Shown here in pieces: positions 12,001-19,900 of a DNA stretch of 64,000 nucleotides (positions are counted from its first letter, which is position 1; each line of letters starts with the position of its first letter). A model generated the notes under the pieces. It was given only the letters and a program-made list of their open reading frames with translations. It made no database searches and had not been told where the DNA came from. The position numbers and the translations under genes were made by a program. The stretch is from the IMG/VR virus record IMGVR_UViG_3300023174_000038, positions 62,001 to 126,000 of that record, one strand, 5' to 3'.

Positions 12001-13040
12001 CCGTTACCGGCTCCAACTCCAGTAGCAATAAATGAAACACCTACTGTGTTAGAAGTTGCACCAATTAAGGTAAAATCTGTAGTACCAATTGTGTCTATAG
12101 TATATGTGCTGCCAACTTCAAATGAACCGGCATCAACTAATGACTGTAGACCAGTGTTATAGAACATTAAGGTGAGACCTTCTAATGAAGTAATACCATC
12201 TATACCATTTTCTAAACTACTAACTAATACTCCATTAACTTGATCGTAAGGCAATGTGCTTACTACATCAACCCGATTGTTGCCGGGAAAATCATATTCA
12301 TCTTGTGCATTTTTAAATGGAACAGTAAATGTTACAATGCCAACTTCTGCACCGTTGTTATCAACACCTAATATATCACGTGTTTGTACATTGGTTTGAT
12401 TAGGATCAAATCCAGTAACACCCGGCATACCTTGAATCCAAAATTGGCTATCTTGGTTTACACTAAAACGATATGTACCCCCACGTAATAACGTCAATGA
12501 CGGATTAGTAGAACCTTGTGCTTGTCCATCAGCCGTTACCAAATAACCGTTTGGGTTACTTGTAATAATATAATCTGTAGCATTATAAACTGTCTCTGTA
12601 CTAACTGTTACTGCTTCTGGACCTTCTGGAATCCAATAATATTGATTAAAGTTAATAATTTTATCTAGGTTAGTAAAACTATCCCATGAATAAATTTGAC
12701 TTGTGAAAAGTCTATTGTTGTTATTTACTAATGCACCTTCTAATTCTAATCCGTCAATAATACCTGGGTAACTAATAAAATCTTGAGCAGTACTTGTATC
12801 TTTCTTAAGAAATGTTACTCCCGGATCAAGTTGATAATCTGTTCTAGTTTTTGTAGGTTCAGTAACATAATAGTTTTTAGCATTAACACCATAACCAAAT
12901 CTACTACCTATATAACCTTCAATACGTTTAGTATTAGGTTGGTCTACTATTTGATCCAACGTTGCATTTAAAAATTGACTATTGGTAGTTGTTTTAAATA
13001 TTTCAGGTAGAAAATTTAATGTTCTAATTCTTGTTGCCAT
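1..13040 (-). CDS. Giant virion/baseplate structural protein, >=4,346 aa, truncated by the left window edge (probable gp7-like wedge with accessory domains)
   Basis: ATG at 13040 gives MATRIRTLNFLPEIFKTTTNSQFLNATLDQ. The same frame is open at spot checks near 9000 (LFEFEKRIYNNL), 5700, 2400 (YINEVKPYH) and base 3 (GGTTYYVVDNG). The track lists no minus-strand ORF here, consistent with one stop-free ORF leaving the window. It lies directly downstream of the gp6-like gene. The gp7 equivalence is inference. Confidence 0.85.
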   Translation of the reverse strand, partial: MATRIRTLNFLPEIFKTTTNSQFLNATLDQIVDQPNTKRIEGYIGSRFGYGVNAKNYYVTEPTKTRTDYQLDPGVTFLKKDTSTAQDFISYPGIIDGLELEGALVNNNNRLFTSQIYSWDSFTNLDKIINFNQYYWIPEGPEAVTVSTETVYNATDYIITSNPNGYLVTADGQAQGSTNPSLTLLRGGTYRFSVNQDSQFWIQGMPGVTGFDPNQTNVQTRDILGVDNNGAEVGIVTFTVPFKNAQDEYDFPGNNRVDVVSTLPYDQVNGVLVSSLENGIDGITSLEGLTLMFYNTGLQSLVDAGSFEVGSTYTIDTIGTTDFTLIGATSNTVGVSFIATGVGAGNGTAIVLTGYVSKFYDTTLYDENGGSPYTPPGNSTNFENYEGGYYTDISATFYTITYEGDPTDPVIRLINSGTIPVQENITANFGTEYIGRTFYRNTSDSISLIPYMSAILDTLYYQDGTSGNKVGQIRLISSNTTNRIDVVTDIIGKANYTSPNGIVFTNGLKVIFTGDIYPTSYENIRYYVEGVGTAIELIPVTTLIAPEPFTSGTYIPFDTTPYDIGNYDVNLYIPVTPDYITIARNSIDKNAWSRSNRWFHIDVINATATYNSNPALATIYATPENKAKRPIIEFYPNLRLFDSGIIGKPPIDFIDFRTTDAANQVAGQENYYPDVEVYTAYTATINGVTGTSTTITILSSAVTGSFQVGQYINDSTNILPRNSQITSISGTTTLTLTVAWSTSQTIGSTAVASLIANDTQNDSYALFDGARIVFAADTTLEVRNKIYVVRFSTLVPGDTPVITLSQADDGLVLADEQTVAFRGYNYQGMDFHFDGLEWMESQQKTTLNQPPLFDVFDNNGISFGDSTVYVGTSFTGNKLFAYGIGSGMDDPILSFPLLYSSVDNVGDISFDVSLNSSTFNYVSGTTPITQKVNTGYVYNYSDLTTSTRQLGWQTSIGPSIQYQIFEFDYYAANPTSTFTCDIAKLSDSPWPTIQLFVNNKIQYASDYTVETTATQTIVTFTVPNPLVDTVVEILLLSDQVSETAYYEIPVNLNNNPLNADITVVNVGDIRGQYQSSFYNNPNTTGDVFGANNYRDLGNMVPYGNKIIQNSASLVLPGTFLRKQNHNLFNALMYNSREYITFKSLLVDTINTTDFIERLSPSTMLDNALDTITKSKTDSSSFFWSDMLPSKAAYITNTYSFANALDVSIYPLSKIYNFATANYNGVLVYLTNSVGIITQLISGVDYTVSNDSPSLTVTLDLAPGDQITIKEYNQTYGSYVPNTPTKLGLYPSTIPTVTLDTAYFQPTYFIVGHDGSYNKLYGDYIDGVLIDFRDQVLFEFEKRIYNNLKLSNVIPIQEYEVLPGFFRDTDYSYDEILQIYSTSFLDWVGQNRISYKTQFYNSANEYTYNYNQSGNRINNEVIPQGYWRGIYEYFYDTSNPDTKPWEMLGFTNEPTWWQTRYGPAPYTSDNLVLWNDLAEGIDWNNGNPIVITHAIRPQLLQVLPVDSQGNLVSPFVSIVGNYSNTSFNRDWVVGDVGPAEFSYRRSSSWPFDLMRILALTKPAEFFNLGVDIDNYKYNEEFGQYLVNDRSHLVISDIEIYGNGVAKTSYINWIVDFEKQVGVDATTNITDLLYNLDVRLVYRLAGFSDKNLLKFYVEKSTANSNNSSLLIPDESYQVLLYDNQPFDKIVYSGIIIQLTTTGYKVYGNSQTNAYFKILAPKINGNYERVSVQGLSVQLARDYYDTPEVVAYGTEFITVQQVAQFLDGYGRYLASQGVLFEQIESGLTVSWRQMVAEYLYWAQCGWEAGSIVNINPAANLISINKDSYIVQPLTLQRQNFVLNQNLYPIQSTDLSIVRDGTLFTAQPLNQGDTVAYGQFNISNFEHGIVFDNVTLFDDVIYNLATGLRQNRITVRGAKTAEWNGTVDAQGFILNQDNVLDWNKTVKYTTGSIVKYKNKYWTALTIIQPKELFEEREWKQTDYNEIQKGLLPNTSTRSYESTIYYDVNRANLENDADLLSFSLIGYRPRDYLALADLTDITQINVYKNFIKNKGTLNAASAFKGANLPQGGIDYNIYENWAIKSGEFGGVLNSNFIDFKLNQNLLTGNPSIVGLTNGTATDGVQQEVPLYSLYNYGRPVTSTDVLPLLPVDTPSTLFPDAGYANFSDMRIAAYYYYNLANSTSPSGLVTPLSKLYVGQYVWLADYQGTWQVMTPVSLGAVVFAKNNLNGTATITFNNPHGLTKYQPFAIVNFNNSLNGYYIVNTIIDLNSVLVNVTLAPSITIITGQGIGFRFQSQRVANPSDIIDLPLLNTEFVKNKVWVDTNNDGDWAVYRKSLNYAYDSELVKDGSETFGSAVAYTDSLGYLIGDADAGVVYRYSFNVLFDRYELMQTLTGSASFGTTIAYANDIFVISQPTVSPAIYIYQLVVNTTVDQLQSVQSAITTPAGVTEWGSAVAISGDSNWLYISAVTSSTSLVYVYRYSMVTEEYELSNTIDLGLTNADNFGYSIATDYYGDTVVIGTPDQNYNASTENWGYTYVYDRTVQNIESQFTSLADVPQTFTLAWTPATTTITVTSTSSVTDRLTCASSSSLIVNSPIVFTGTVFGGVSLNTVYYILAKPTGTTFTISTERGGSIVQLNTDTGTMSAIQQDTPIYISVNGTIIDDSNYYNIGTTLSIIQRLRAGDIINVSSNNFVLAQTLTTESTPKIGVQFGISVDTNTYATEILVGAPFELNSINQEGAVYRYTNGGGKYGMIIGTSDCNITTSRIILINGYIVVLSAGNATSSAATINQSNITNVQATAIDGKLIISLIDNALASVNDKLNVTVLNNATWAELGFNTYTQTQVINDPHLQGTTQFGNLVKFNEFNSFVVSAPTATRYEATTFDSTDDEDYDNDTLFDNNATQWVDTYRNAGAVYMFDYLSVYNESLSNCGNFVYAQSVNDLNETYGNQPMYGHAVDFNASHVVIGTPDFKPDTIAGQIVTYFNSTGTPDWSVYRNSSPVVDINRIQNIQLYSALTNNTLDNLDYIDPLQGKILGSVRENIDVVSNSDPAGYNSTVKGDMVWGAAQVGQLWFNTSTTRFVNYHQDNIVYNSKWWGQVFPGSDVTVYSWITSNVPPISYTGPGTPFNTDRFAIEYTLNATGVLTPIYFYWVRNTNIIFTKRGKTLADSIIQSYIASPINSGISYFAPLEQDIFALYNCGDNINANDTVLHIGFSTGTNDDVSHSLYNLIRTNYADDFLPGLPTTNGLDVPESLYDRMLDSLCGVDESGAVVPDPYLPKPVQYGIYARPRQSFFVNRFLALKNYLTYANTVLAQYPISETRRSLFLYTEGVINRSTDPVYNTDPTSPYYSVNPWTGPIIPFYATTDYWYYINWWATGYDDNTKSALQVPIYADLATINATPGLIVTVNANGNGKSETYVYTNLNAWERIGLQDGTIEFSSDLWDYSAARLGFGDNFYDTTPYDTYPSQETRSIVRALNEEIYNDELLIYRNKSLVLLFEYIQSETIESQNYLPWLNKTSFIDVGHTIRELLPLEVFQSDNQDFLAGYINEVKPYHVVIKEFLFKYTGSELYAGTITDFDLPSQYNTDVQQFITPELVYSNPSAVNQYLPSDPIWQTAPYVEWFNNYGLAITGVNDYQITVLASYISLNSGAFAVDNAYGFPINGTILIGDELIGYSYVDRANNTISGLTRGVDGTPITVHIPGEIITIDLPAILMLNGGRGYTNPPRVTAYIDTTIYPEPRRAAVLQAVMNLDSILRVDVIDSGDGYAVLPEIIIDPSISITFTADNVDMLSNTITLPSPLLQTGDLIKYTIGANTTAVGGLDVDQYYYVNVLESTPAFNVGLYTTYRDAINDVDRVVFFSTGLGDNNILNLSAKASCVSTSIPIRENQIALRFDRTTYNSQLIDWQAGQFYGSFYAGLYNNSVRISSSSISLESTQPNIDTILASAAGAVFEIEGVTNDQILSWSSRTRNVISTVAATDIITIQPSIGGAPDQGTVGATVGFYVNMPIKFQGAVGASNIVNNTIYYIKEILNDTDITISTTVGGGTFALGDATISSAGLLLYVGEVTNTAVVTLFYSGILNVTNTTGTINTITSPLTAGNLGGTSGFYTNLPVFFTGNVFGGIIENERYYVTTVIDDENFTISTTEDPLIINVTNTTASTDYITCEGTLGLSVNDPIIFNNMSISGSSVLTFGNIVQGTTYYVSNVINSNNFQISTVINGGTFALADATGTCMATDQTNTVKLTTATGTMTCNVGLPVSPGQITGQQFTFYPTSSTSTYIGLTGTDGNLVEREIDNALAAGDYLSITSASGGLNNIYNNMPITVPTNYSTLIGGTTYYVVDNGVVQTDVTS

Positions 13041-13066
13041 TATTTCTCTCTATGGTTATATATTAC

Positions 13067-16000
13067 TTATCTTATCTGTAACTGTGCTGGTGTAAGTGCC
13101 GCAATCACAAGAACATCATTTGCTGTTGCACCATTTGCAAATATTTCATATGGTGCTGATTTAATTTCATATAAATCACCAAAACTCATTGTAGGATCGT
13201 TTGGAACTAATACAGCAGAACTAATTAAATCTCCTACTTGAGCATGTAAGTATGCACTTAATTCACTAAAGTAAAACGTATCACCAAAGTTCCAGTTGTT
13301 AATATGAAAATATGTATTCATAGCAGAGAGTACAGCACTACGTATTTCACTATCACTTGCATTTGTATTACCTGCCTTAATAACTTTAACAGTAGCTCTT
13401 AATTGTGCAGGAGCTTTAGGACCAAATAATGGGACAAATACGACACTATTTAAAATAACACTATCACTTAACATCTTGTAATCATTTAATAATCCATATG
13501 CCTGCGTTAATTCAGTAATTGTTGGCTTGTCTGGCATTGGTACTGTGTTAGTAATATCTTGTAACCAATTTTGATAAGCGGTGTAGTAAGCTTGTGTTAC
13601 TACATACAAATCAATAATATTTGTAGTTGCAGGATCAATACGTGTTGTGTTATTACTATTATGACGATATTGGAATTGTAATCCTTGACGACCTGGTTGC
13701 ATAATATATTGTGGTTGTTCCGTAACAATATAAAAGGGTGTATTAACTGTTTGGTCTTGTACAGTTATATAAAATAAATTATCTGTGTACGCATAGAATA
13801 ACTGTCCTTCTGGATATTCATATTTAACCACTTCTATTTGAGTTTTAGTTGCATATTGATATACCACTTCAGTAGATGCAATTAACTGATAGCGTGATAA
13901 ATTAATTGCATCTTGTATTAATACAAAAAATGCATATACACCTATATTAGTATTGCCGTTAACATAACCAGTAACTTCGGTAAAGAAATCTGGGTTACTA
14001 ACAATAGTTCTATCATTAACATCTATACTTGCTACTTCAACTTCAAAATCATTTACATAGCCGTCACTTTCAACTGTTTGTCCAATAATACTTGATGTGA
14101 TAGGAGTTGCTAATGGATAGTTACTACTAGGTTGTGTGTTAGTTGCTAATACTTTAACAAAGTCTTGTAATATTTTTCCACTAAATGGATCATATACTAG
14201 TTTACCATTTTCAAACGTGAAGCGTGTATCAGCTACACTACCAAAATAGTATCTCAATGAACGGTATGATATGCTATAACGATTATTACCTAAACTTAAT
14301 ATGTTTACAAAATAATTACTAGCATCATATGAGCCAATACTCCAACGATCCTGTGCTATAGTCAAACTGTTATCAAATATTAAACTAAAACTTTGATTAA
14401 GTTCCATTCTAACAATGCATTCTTGTATTACTATACTAGGCAATGAGTTATCAAATGCAGGTAATATTGTAGATACTATTGCACCTTGAGGTACATAACC
14501 GTTTAACGTTATTGGTCCTAACCCATTACTGAATGCGCCCTCGCCATTATTATAACCATCACCCACTACATTTAATACAGTAGTCCATATATACGTTTTA
14601 TCTGATGGGCCTGCAATACCTGCTATTAAACGATTAGTGTCACTAAAATAATATCCGGCTGGTGCAGTAAATTTCATCATTGCACCCTTAGTGGTATATT
14701 TCATATTATGTGTGGAATATGTTCCTACTGGAATAGGAGTGTTATCACTACCATTAATATTAAAGAAATAACCAGTTAAACTATTAGCATCTACTGTTTG
14801 TTCTTGCCAATATACTGTACCGTCACCTGATGCTGTGTTAACAGGATAACGTGTGTAATTTTGTATATAATATTGTCTAGCACGATTATCTGCTAATAAG
14901 GCTGCTAATGTATCTGTTAAAAAGGTAATGATATCACCTGATGTATTGATAGTTAATAGTGTATTGCCATCAGTATCATTTTGATACATACCGCCATCAC
15001 TTGCAAATGAATTAGTGCTGGAGTATTTTCCGGTTGGATCTAACAGGTCTAAGTTTTTTGATACACCAACAGAACTACGGTTAATAGCTTTGCTTTTAAT
15101 AATAGAACTGTATAATGTATATGGGAAATTGTTGTAATCTTCACCATTAACCATTCTATTCTGGGTGTAGTAGCGGGAAGGGGCACGTTGTTTAATGTTT
15201 GCTAATGTTTCTCTTGCCTGTGCATTTGACACTGGTGTCTGTAATTCTAATCCTAATGTAAGTGTTTCTGTTCGTCCTACCCTACTAACATAACTTATGG
15301 TAACTGATAGATTTTGCATCTCATTTGGATCAATAGTATATGTTAATGCATTGCCTGCACGTACATATGCTCTAAAGGTGCCAACTGGGATTTCGGAAAA
15401 TACTCCATCACCAAAAACGTAACTAACTTGGTCATTAAATCTAGAACCAACTGAAAATATTCTGCGTACACTGCCTTCAGTTTGTAGGTAAGCATCTGCA
15501 TAAACATTTTCTACTTGATTCCATAATGTTCTAGTTGTAGTAGAACTATTATCTGTACTTAATTGATACAACCAAGTATCTGTATTATTGATACCTTGAA
15601 TGTCAATATCAACCACTTGATTACTAATTTGTTGTGCTAAATTGAAATCAAAATTCTGTAGTGTTCCTTGCTTGAAATAAAAGAAGAAACCTGTATTAGG
15701 ACTACCATAACCTAATTTATCATTGCGATAAGCCATATTCATTCTGCCACTTGGTGCAGGTGGAATCTCATAAACATAATCTTCATTCAATGTAGTTGAA
15801 CTAACTAATTCAAAATTCATTGCTTGGTTATCTACTACTGCTGTAAACGGTACTATTGGCAATGTTGTTTGAGGGATATTAATTGCATATTCATCAGTTT
15901 TAATACCGGATATCTGAGCACTATTCCCTGGGCGACCAATACGTTGAGTATTAATTAATGTAGCATTGATGATTGTATTGTATTGCTCTAGCCAATTGAT

Positions 16001-16447
16001 ATTAGCAGGATCATTCCATAATACGGTTTGATTGCTTAAATTAAATCCATTCAAATCTGTAATATTTTCAGTAGTTTGGATACTTGTTACTTTGATATAA
16101 CCTTGACCGGCTAAATTACGTTTAGGAGTATAGCTGACTAAGTTAGCTAACTTAACAACACTATCTCTGCGTTCGGCTGTATCAATAAAGTTTTCACGGG
16201 CATTTAAGTCGCTACGAAATGCAAGACCTTGACCCATAAACGCCATAACGTCCATTAACGCAATGAATTCACTTGATTCAATATAATCGTTGAAGGTTTC
16301 TGGATAGTAAACACGTAGATAGTCAATGAAACTTTTACGCAATGTTTCATAGTCATATGAACGGAAATCGGCTTCACGGAAGGTTTGATAGATTGCCTTC
16401 CAATCATTGACGCCGAATAATGCTGATTGTCGTGAACTTGTAGCCAT
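13067..16447 (-). CDS. gp6: Baseplate wedge protein (T4 gp6-like), 1126 aa
   Basis: N-terminus DFRSYDYETLRKSFIDYL...DLNARENFIDTAERRDSVVKLANLVSYTPKR, and a baseplate-J-like segment ETLANIKQRAPSRYYTQNRMVNGEDY. Adjacent to gp25. Confidence 0.8.
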   Translation of the reverse strand: MATSSRQSALFGVNDWKAIYQTFREADFRSYDYETLRKSFIDYLRVYYPETFNDYIESSEFIALMDVMAFMGQGLAFRSDLNARENFIDTAERRDSVVKLANLVSYTPKRNLAGQGYIKVTSIQTTENITDLNGFNLSNQTVLWNDPANINWLEQYNTIINATLINTQRIGRPGNSAQISGIKTDEYAINIPQTTLPIVPFTAVVDNQAMNFELVSSTTLNEDYVYEIPPAPSGRMNMAYRNDKLGYGSPNTGFFFYFKQGTLQNFDFNLAQQISNQVVDIDIQGINNTDTWLYQLSTDNSSTTTRTLWNQVENVYADAYLQTEGSVRRIFSVGSRFNDQVSYVFGDGVFSEIPVGTFRAYVRAGNALTYTIDPNEMQNLSVTISYVSRVGRTETLTLGLELQTPVSNAQARETLANIKQRAPSRYYTQNRMVNGEDYNNFPYTLYSSIIKSKAINRSSVGVSKNLDLLDPTGKYSSTNSFASDGGMYQNDTDGNTLLTINTSGDIITFLTDTLAALLADNRARQYYIQNYTRYPVNTASGDGTVYWQEQTVDANSLTGYFFNINGSDNTPIPVGTYSTHNMKYTTKGAMMKFTAPAGYYFSDTNRLIAGIAGPSDKTYIWTTVLNVVGDGYNNGEGAFSNGLGPITLNGYVPQGAIVSTILPAFDNSLPSIVIQECIVRMELNQSFSLIFDNSLTIAQDRWSIGSYDASNYFVNILSLGNNRYSISYRSLRYYFGSVADTRFTFENGKLVYDPFSGKILQDFVKVLATNTQPSSNYPLATPITSSIIGQTVESDGYVNDFEVEVASIDVNDRTIVSNPDFFTEVTGYVNGNTNIGVYAFFVLIQDAINLSRYQLIASTEVVYQYATKTQIEVVKYEYPEGQLFYAYTDNLFYITVQDQTVNTPFYIVTEQPQYIMQPGRQGLQFQYRHNSNNTTRIDPATTNIIDLYVVTQAYYTAYQNWLQDITNTVPMPDKPTITELTQAYGLLNDYKMLSDSVILNSVVFVPLFGPKAPAQLRATVKVIKAGNTNASDSEIRSAVLSAMNTYFHINNWNFGDTFYFSELSAYLHAQVGDLISSAVLVPNDPTMSFGDLYEIKSAPYEIFANGATANDVLVIAALTPAQLQIR

Positions 16448-16501
16448 AATGGTATTCTCTTTTAAGTATTTATCTTAAATGAAAACACCACTTTTGTAAG
16501 A

Positions 16502-16951
16502 TTATTGAATTACTGCTGTGTTAGTGCTATTATTGAAGAAAACACTAAGCATTTGTGCATTATTAAATGGTGCTATGGCTAATTCTACTTCTATTAATAT
16601 ACCATTTTCTTGAGGATATGCGCTAACAGTATTAACTATTAGTCTTGGATCTTGATTAGCCACTCGTCTGATTTCTGTTTCTAATTTGTTTTGTACGTCA
16701 AAGGTGTTAGGTTCAAACACAAAACTCCAAAGAGTAGTACCATAACCCGGATTTCCTACTTTTTGCCCCTGTTGGATATTCAATGCATTAAGAAAATCTT
16801 GTATAACTAATTGTCGGTCAACTAATCTAAACTTTTTTCCAGGAATAACCGGCAGCACTGTAGAACCTACGCCACCTGCAATACCAGCTGGTAAATTAGT
16901 AGAACGTGGCTTGTTAGCGTTAATTGTACTGAATCCAATGTATGATGGCAT
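16502..16951 (-). CDS. gp25: Baseplate wedge / sheath initiator (gp25/GPW-like), 149 aa
   Basis: Motif QDFLNALNIQQGQKVGNPGYGTTLWSFVFEP...IRRVANQDPRL matches the gp25 family pattern; size and context fit. Confidence 0.85.
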   Translation of the reverse strand: MPSYIGFSTINANKPRSTNLPAGIAGGVGSTVLPVIPGKKFRLVDRQLVIQDFLNALNIQQGQKVGNPGYGTTLWSFVFEPNTFDVQNKLETEIRRVANQDPRLIVNTVSAYPQENGILIEVELAIAPFNNAQMLSVFFNNSTNTAVIQ

Positions 16952-16955
16952 ATTG

Positions 16956-19900
16956 TTATCCTATATTTTTATTTAGTTTTATTTGTGAAAGTGTCTGTGC
17001 AGCCATCTTATTTAAATTAAGTCCGGCTAGTACTTCTGTTTTAGCTGTTGCTTCTGCTATTGCAATAGCCGGGTCACCTGCAGGTAAGTCTTGTTTTGCT
17101 TTTTCTAATGCGTCAGTTGCTTGTGTTACTTTTTCTTTTGATTCTTGTAACTGTGCTTGTAAATCTTTAAGTTTTGCTAGTCCGGCTTTATATGTATCTT
17201 CATTAGTACCGCCAAAGTTTGGTACAGGTATTTTTGCATCACCTAATAGACTAGTAACCTGTGATTTTAATTCACTACGGTCAGTAGTATTGATAGCTAC
17301 AGTAGGTAACTTAATTTGTACTGAGCCACCTGAACTCATTGCGCTGATAGCGGCATTTAGTTGCGCGGACGCACCAACTGGTAAACCTGCAGACGCTAAT
17401 GAAGCTAGTGTAAGTTTACCACTCTTTAAATCGTCTAGTCCTTTTGTTAATGCACCGGCTGCCCCCGATATAGCACTTAACGCACCTGAAGATGCTAATG
17501 GATTAGCAGATGCTAAACCTGCTATCCCATTTGTAATAGCAGATGCTTGTCCAATTAATCCTGTTACTGCGCCAACGCCAGGCACGCTATTAATTGCGCC
17601 AACTGCATTATTAACTACAGAAGCAACTACACTAGCACCGCCCGGTAATGCCCCCAATCCAGTAGATAGATTTGATGTTATACCTGTTGCGGTTTTTAAT
17701 AATCCACTAGCAGCTCCTGTAACTCCTGCAATTGCTCCGGTTATTCCGCTAGTTACCGATCCTACTGCTCCGCTAATTGCACCAGTTAAACCTCCTGTTA
17801 CTGCACCCAATGCACCAGTTAAACCTCCTGTTACTGCACCCAATGCACCTGATAATGGGTTAGACACCGGAGCTTGTGCTGCCGCTTGTGCTTTTTCAGT
17901 TATATCTTTGATATTTTGAGGCACACCAACACTTAGTGTCGGTAACGCACTGCTAATTGCCGCAAATGCACTACCTGCTACACCCTTAGCACTATCTAAT
18001 AATCCGGCTATACCAGCAACAGCACCTTTAGCCATTCCAGTTAAGGACGTTGCTATACTACTTAAACCACCTGTTACAGTACTTGCTAAGTTTCCTGCAA
18101 AATTACCTGCTGATAATAAACTATTTGCTGATCCTAATACACTATTCAATGCTCCTGTTGCGGCGCCAACTACATTTGATATTGCTCCGTTTACTGCACC
18201 TGTTAATGCATTGGCTGCGTTGCTAACAAGGTTTACAGTATTTTGTATTCCGGCTGTTGCCGCAGACATTACTACTCCTGCAAGTGATGCTTCTTTTCCT
18301 GTAATCAATCCAGTTGATACTAATGCAGATTGTGCTTGAGTGAACGTAGTAACTTGAGTAGCAACTTGTGCTACAGGGTTATTAACATAACTATTTAAAT
18401 CACCTGATGTAAACAAATTAGGAGTCAATGCTTGTTTTATTGTTTTTCCACCTTGTACTAAGTTATTAACCAATGCTGCCGCACCCGGTTTGATAATACC
18501 ACCCGCTTCTAATTGCGCAGGACTTTGTGCCATTGCACCTACTGCCGCAACTGCACCTTGTGCTGTTTCTACTATACCCGCGCCTAATTTAACTGCGGCA
18601 GCGGCAGGCCCTGATGCGGCTAATGTTGATATTTGACCAACCATTGCGCCTGTAACATTTTTATCTAATGCCGCGCTAATTGCAGCCGATGGAGGTACAG
18701 TGGCTGCAACTGATGCTGTTACTGCAGTGGTTGGTGCGCCTGCATTTGCATTTGCTGCCGCTAATGCCGGACTAGGTGCAGCTGGCAATGCCGCACTTGC
18801 ATTGTTATTAACTTTAACATCAACACCTTGATTTGCACTAGCCCAGGGTGCATGTGCCGGTGCTCTACTTACAATACTCAATAATTTACCCGGTGCCGCT
18901 AGCCAACCCTTAGTAGCATCATTTAATGTATCAGTATGCGCTACTATTGGTAATGGTTTTACTTCTTGTGGTACTAAGCTAGATGAACCTGTATTCAAAT
19001 TAATCTTACTACCATTAAAATATGTTATTGCATCACTATAGAATGATGCGTCAGCTCCACTAGCAAAACTCATCTTACCATCTACTTTGGTTGTATAGGC
19101 TCCGGCAGTGTATAAACTAAAATCTGTTCCAACTTTTTGTGTAGTTTGTTTTTCACTACTAATTGCAATCGTATCAGCACTTATGTTTAGTGCTTTACCT
19201 GCATTGATATTAATATTGTTATCGGCATGTAAATTTAAATCACCCTGTGTTCTAACGTTGAATGAATTAGTAGAATACATATCTATTGTACCTTCTTTAC
19301 CTAATTCAATATAACTTTGTCCGTTAGCATGAATGATAAACAATGTTTGCCCGTCATCACTCATTAATATTTGATGTCCTAAACTACTACGTATCCTTAC
19401 TAATTGGTCTCTACCTAATATATCTCCGTCATCCATTACTAAAGTATGTCCACCTCTACGTGCAACAACTTTTAATCCAGTATCTTTGCCACTAGTAGCG
19501 GCATCAGCAATTGTTTCATCAGTAAATCCACCTTCATATATAGGACGGCCCGGTGTACTTACTCCCCAGCCAACACGACTTGGTGCTTCACGTTGTGCGC
19601 TTGAACCAATAACACCTCTAATTGGATCTCTAATTAAACCCTGTTGTGCTAATATACTAGCAACATAGCTATGTACGGGTTTGGCATCAGTTAAAAACTT
19701 ATTACTATTAGCAATACCTTCATTGTTTGTGTTAAGGTTAACGACTGGTAAACGTACTGCACCGCCTAATCCTTTTGCTTCACCTGCATTTGCAACAATA
19801 TTGTCAGTACCACCAATTGCCGGCACCATTTGTAATGCTTCTGCTTGTGGTACACATCCTATCCAAAAACCATAATTAGGATCGCCGTTAATGAATATAC

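Noticed and set aside
16942-17919. 325-aa plus-strand ORF
   Set aside because: Antisense shadow of the Ala/Gly-rich spike C-terminus.
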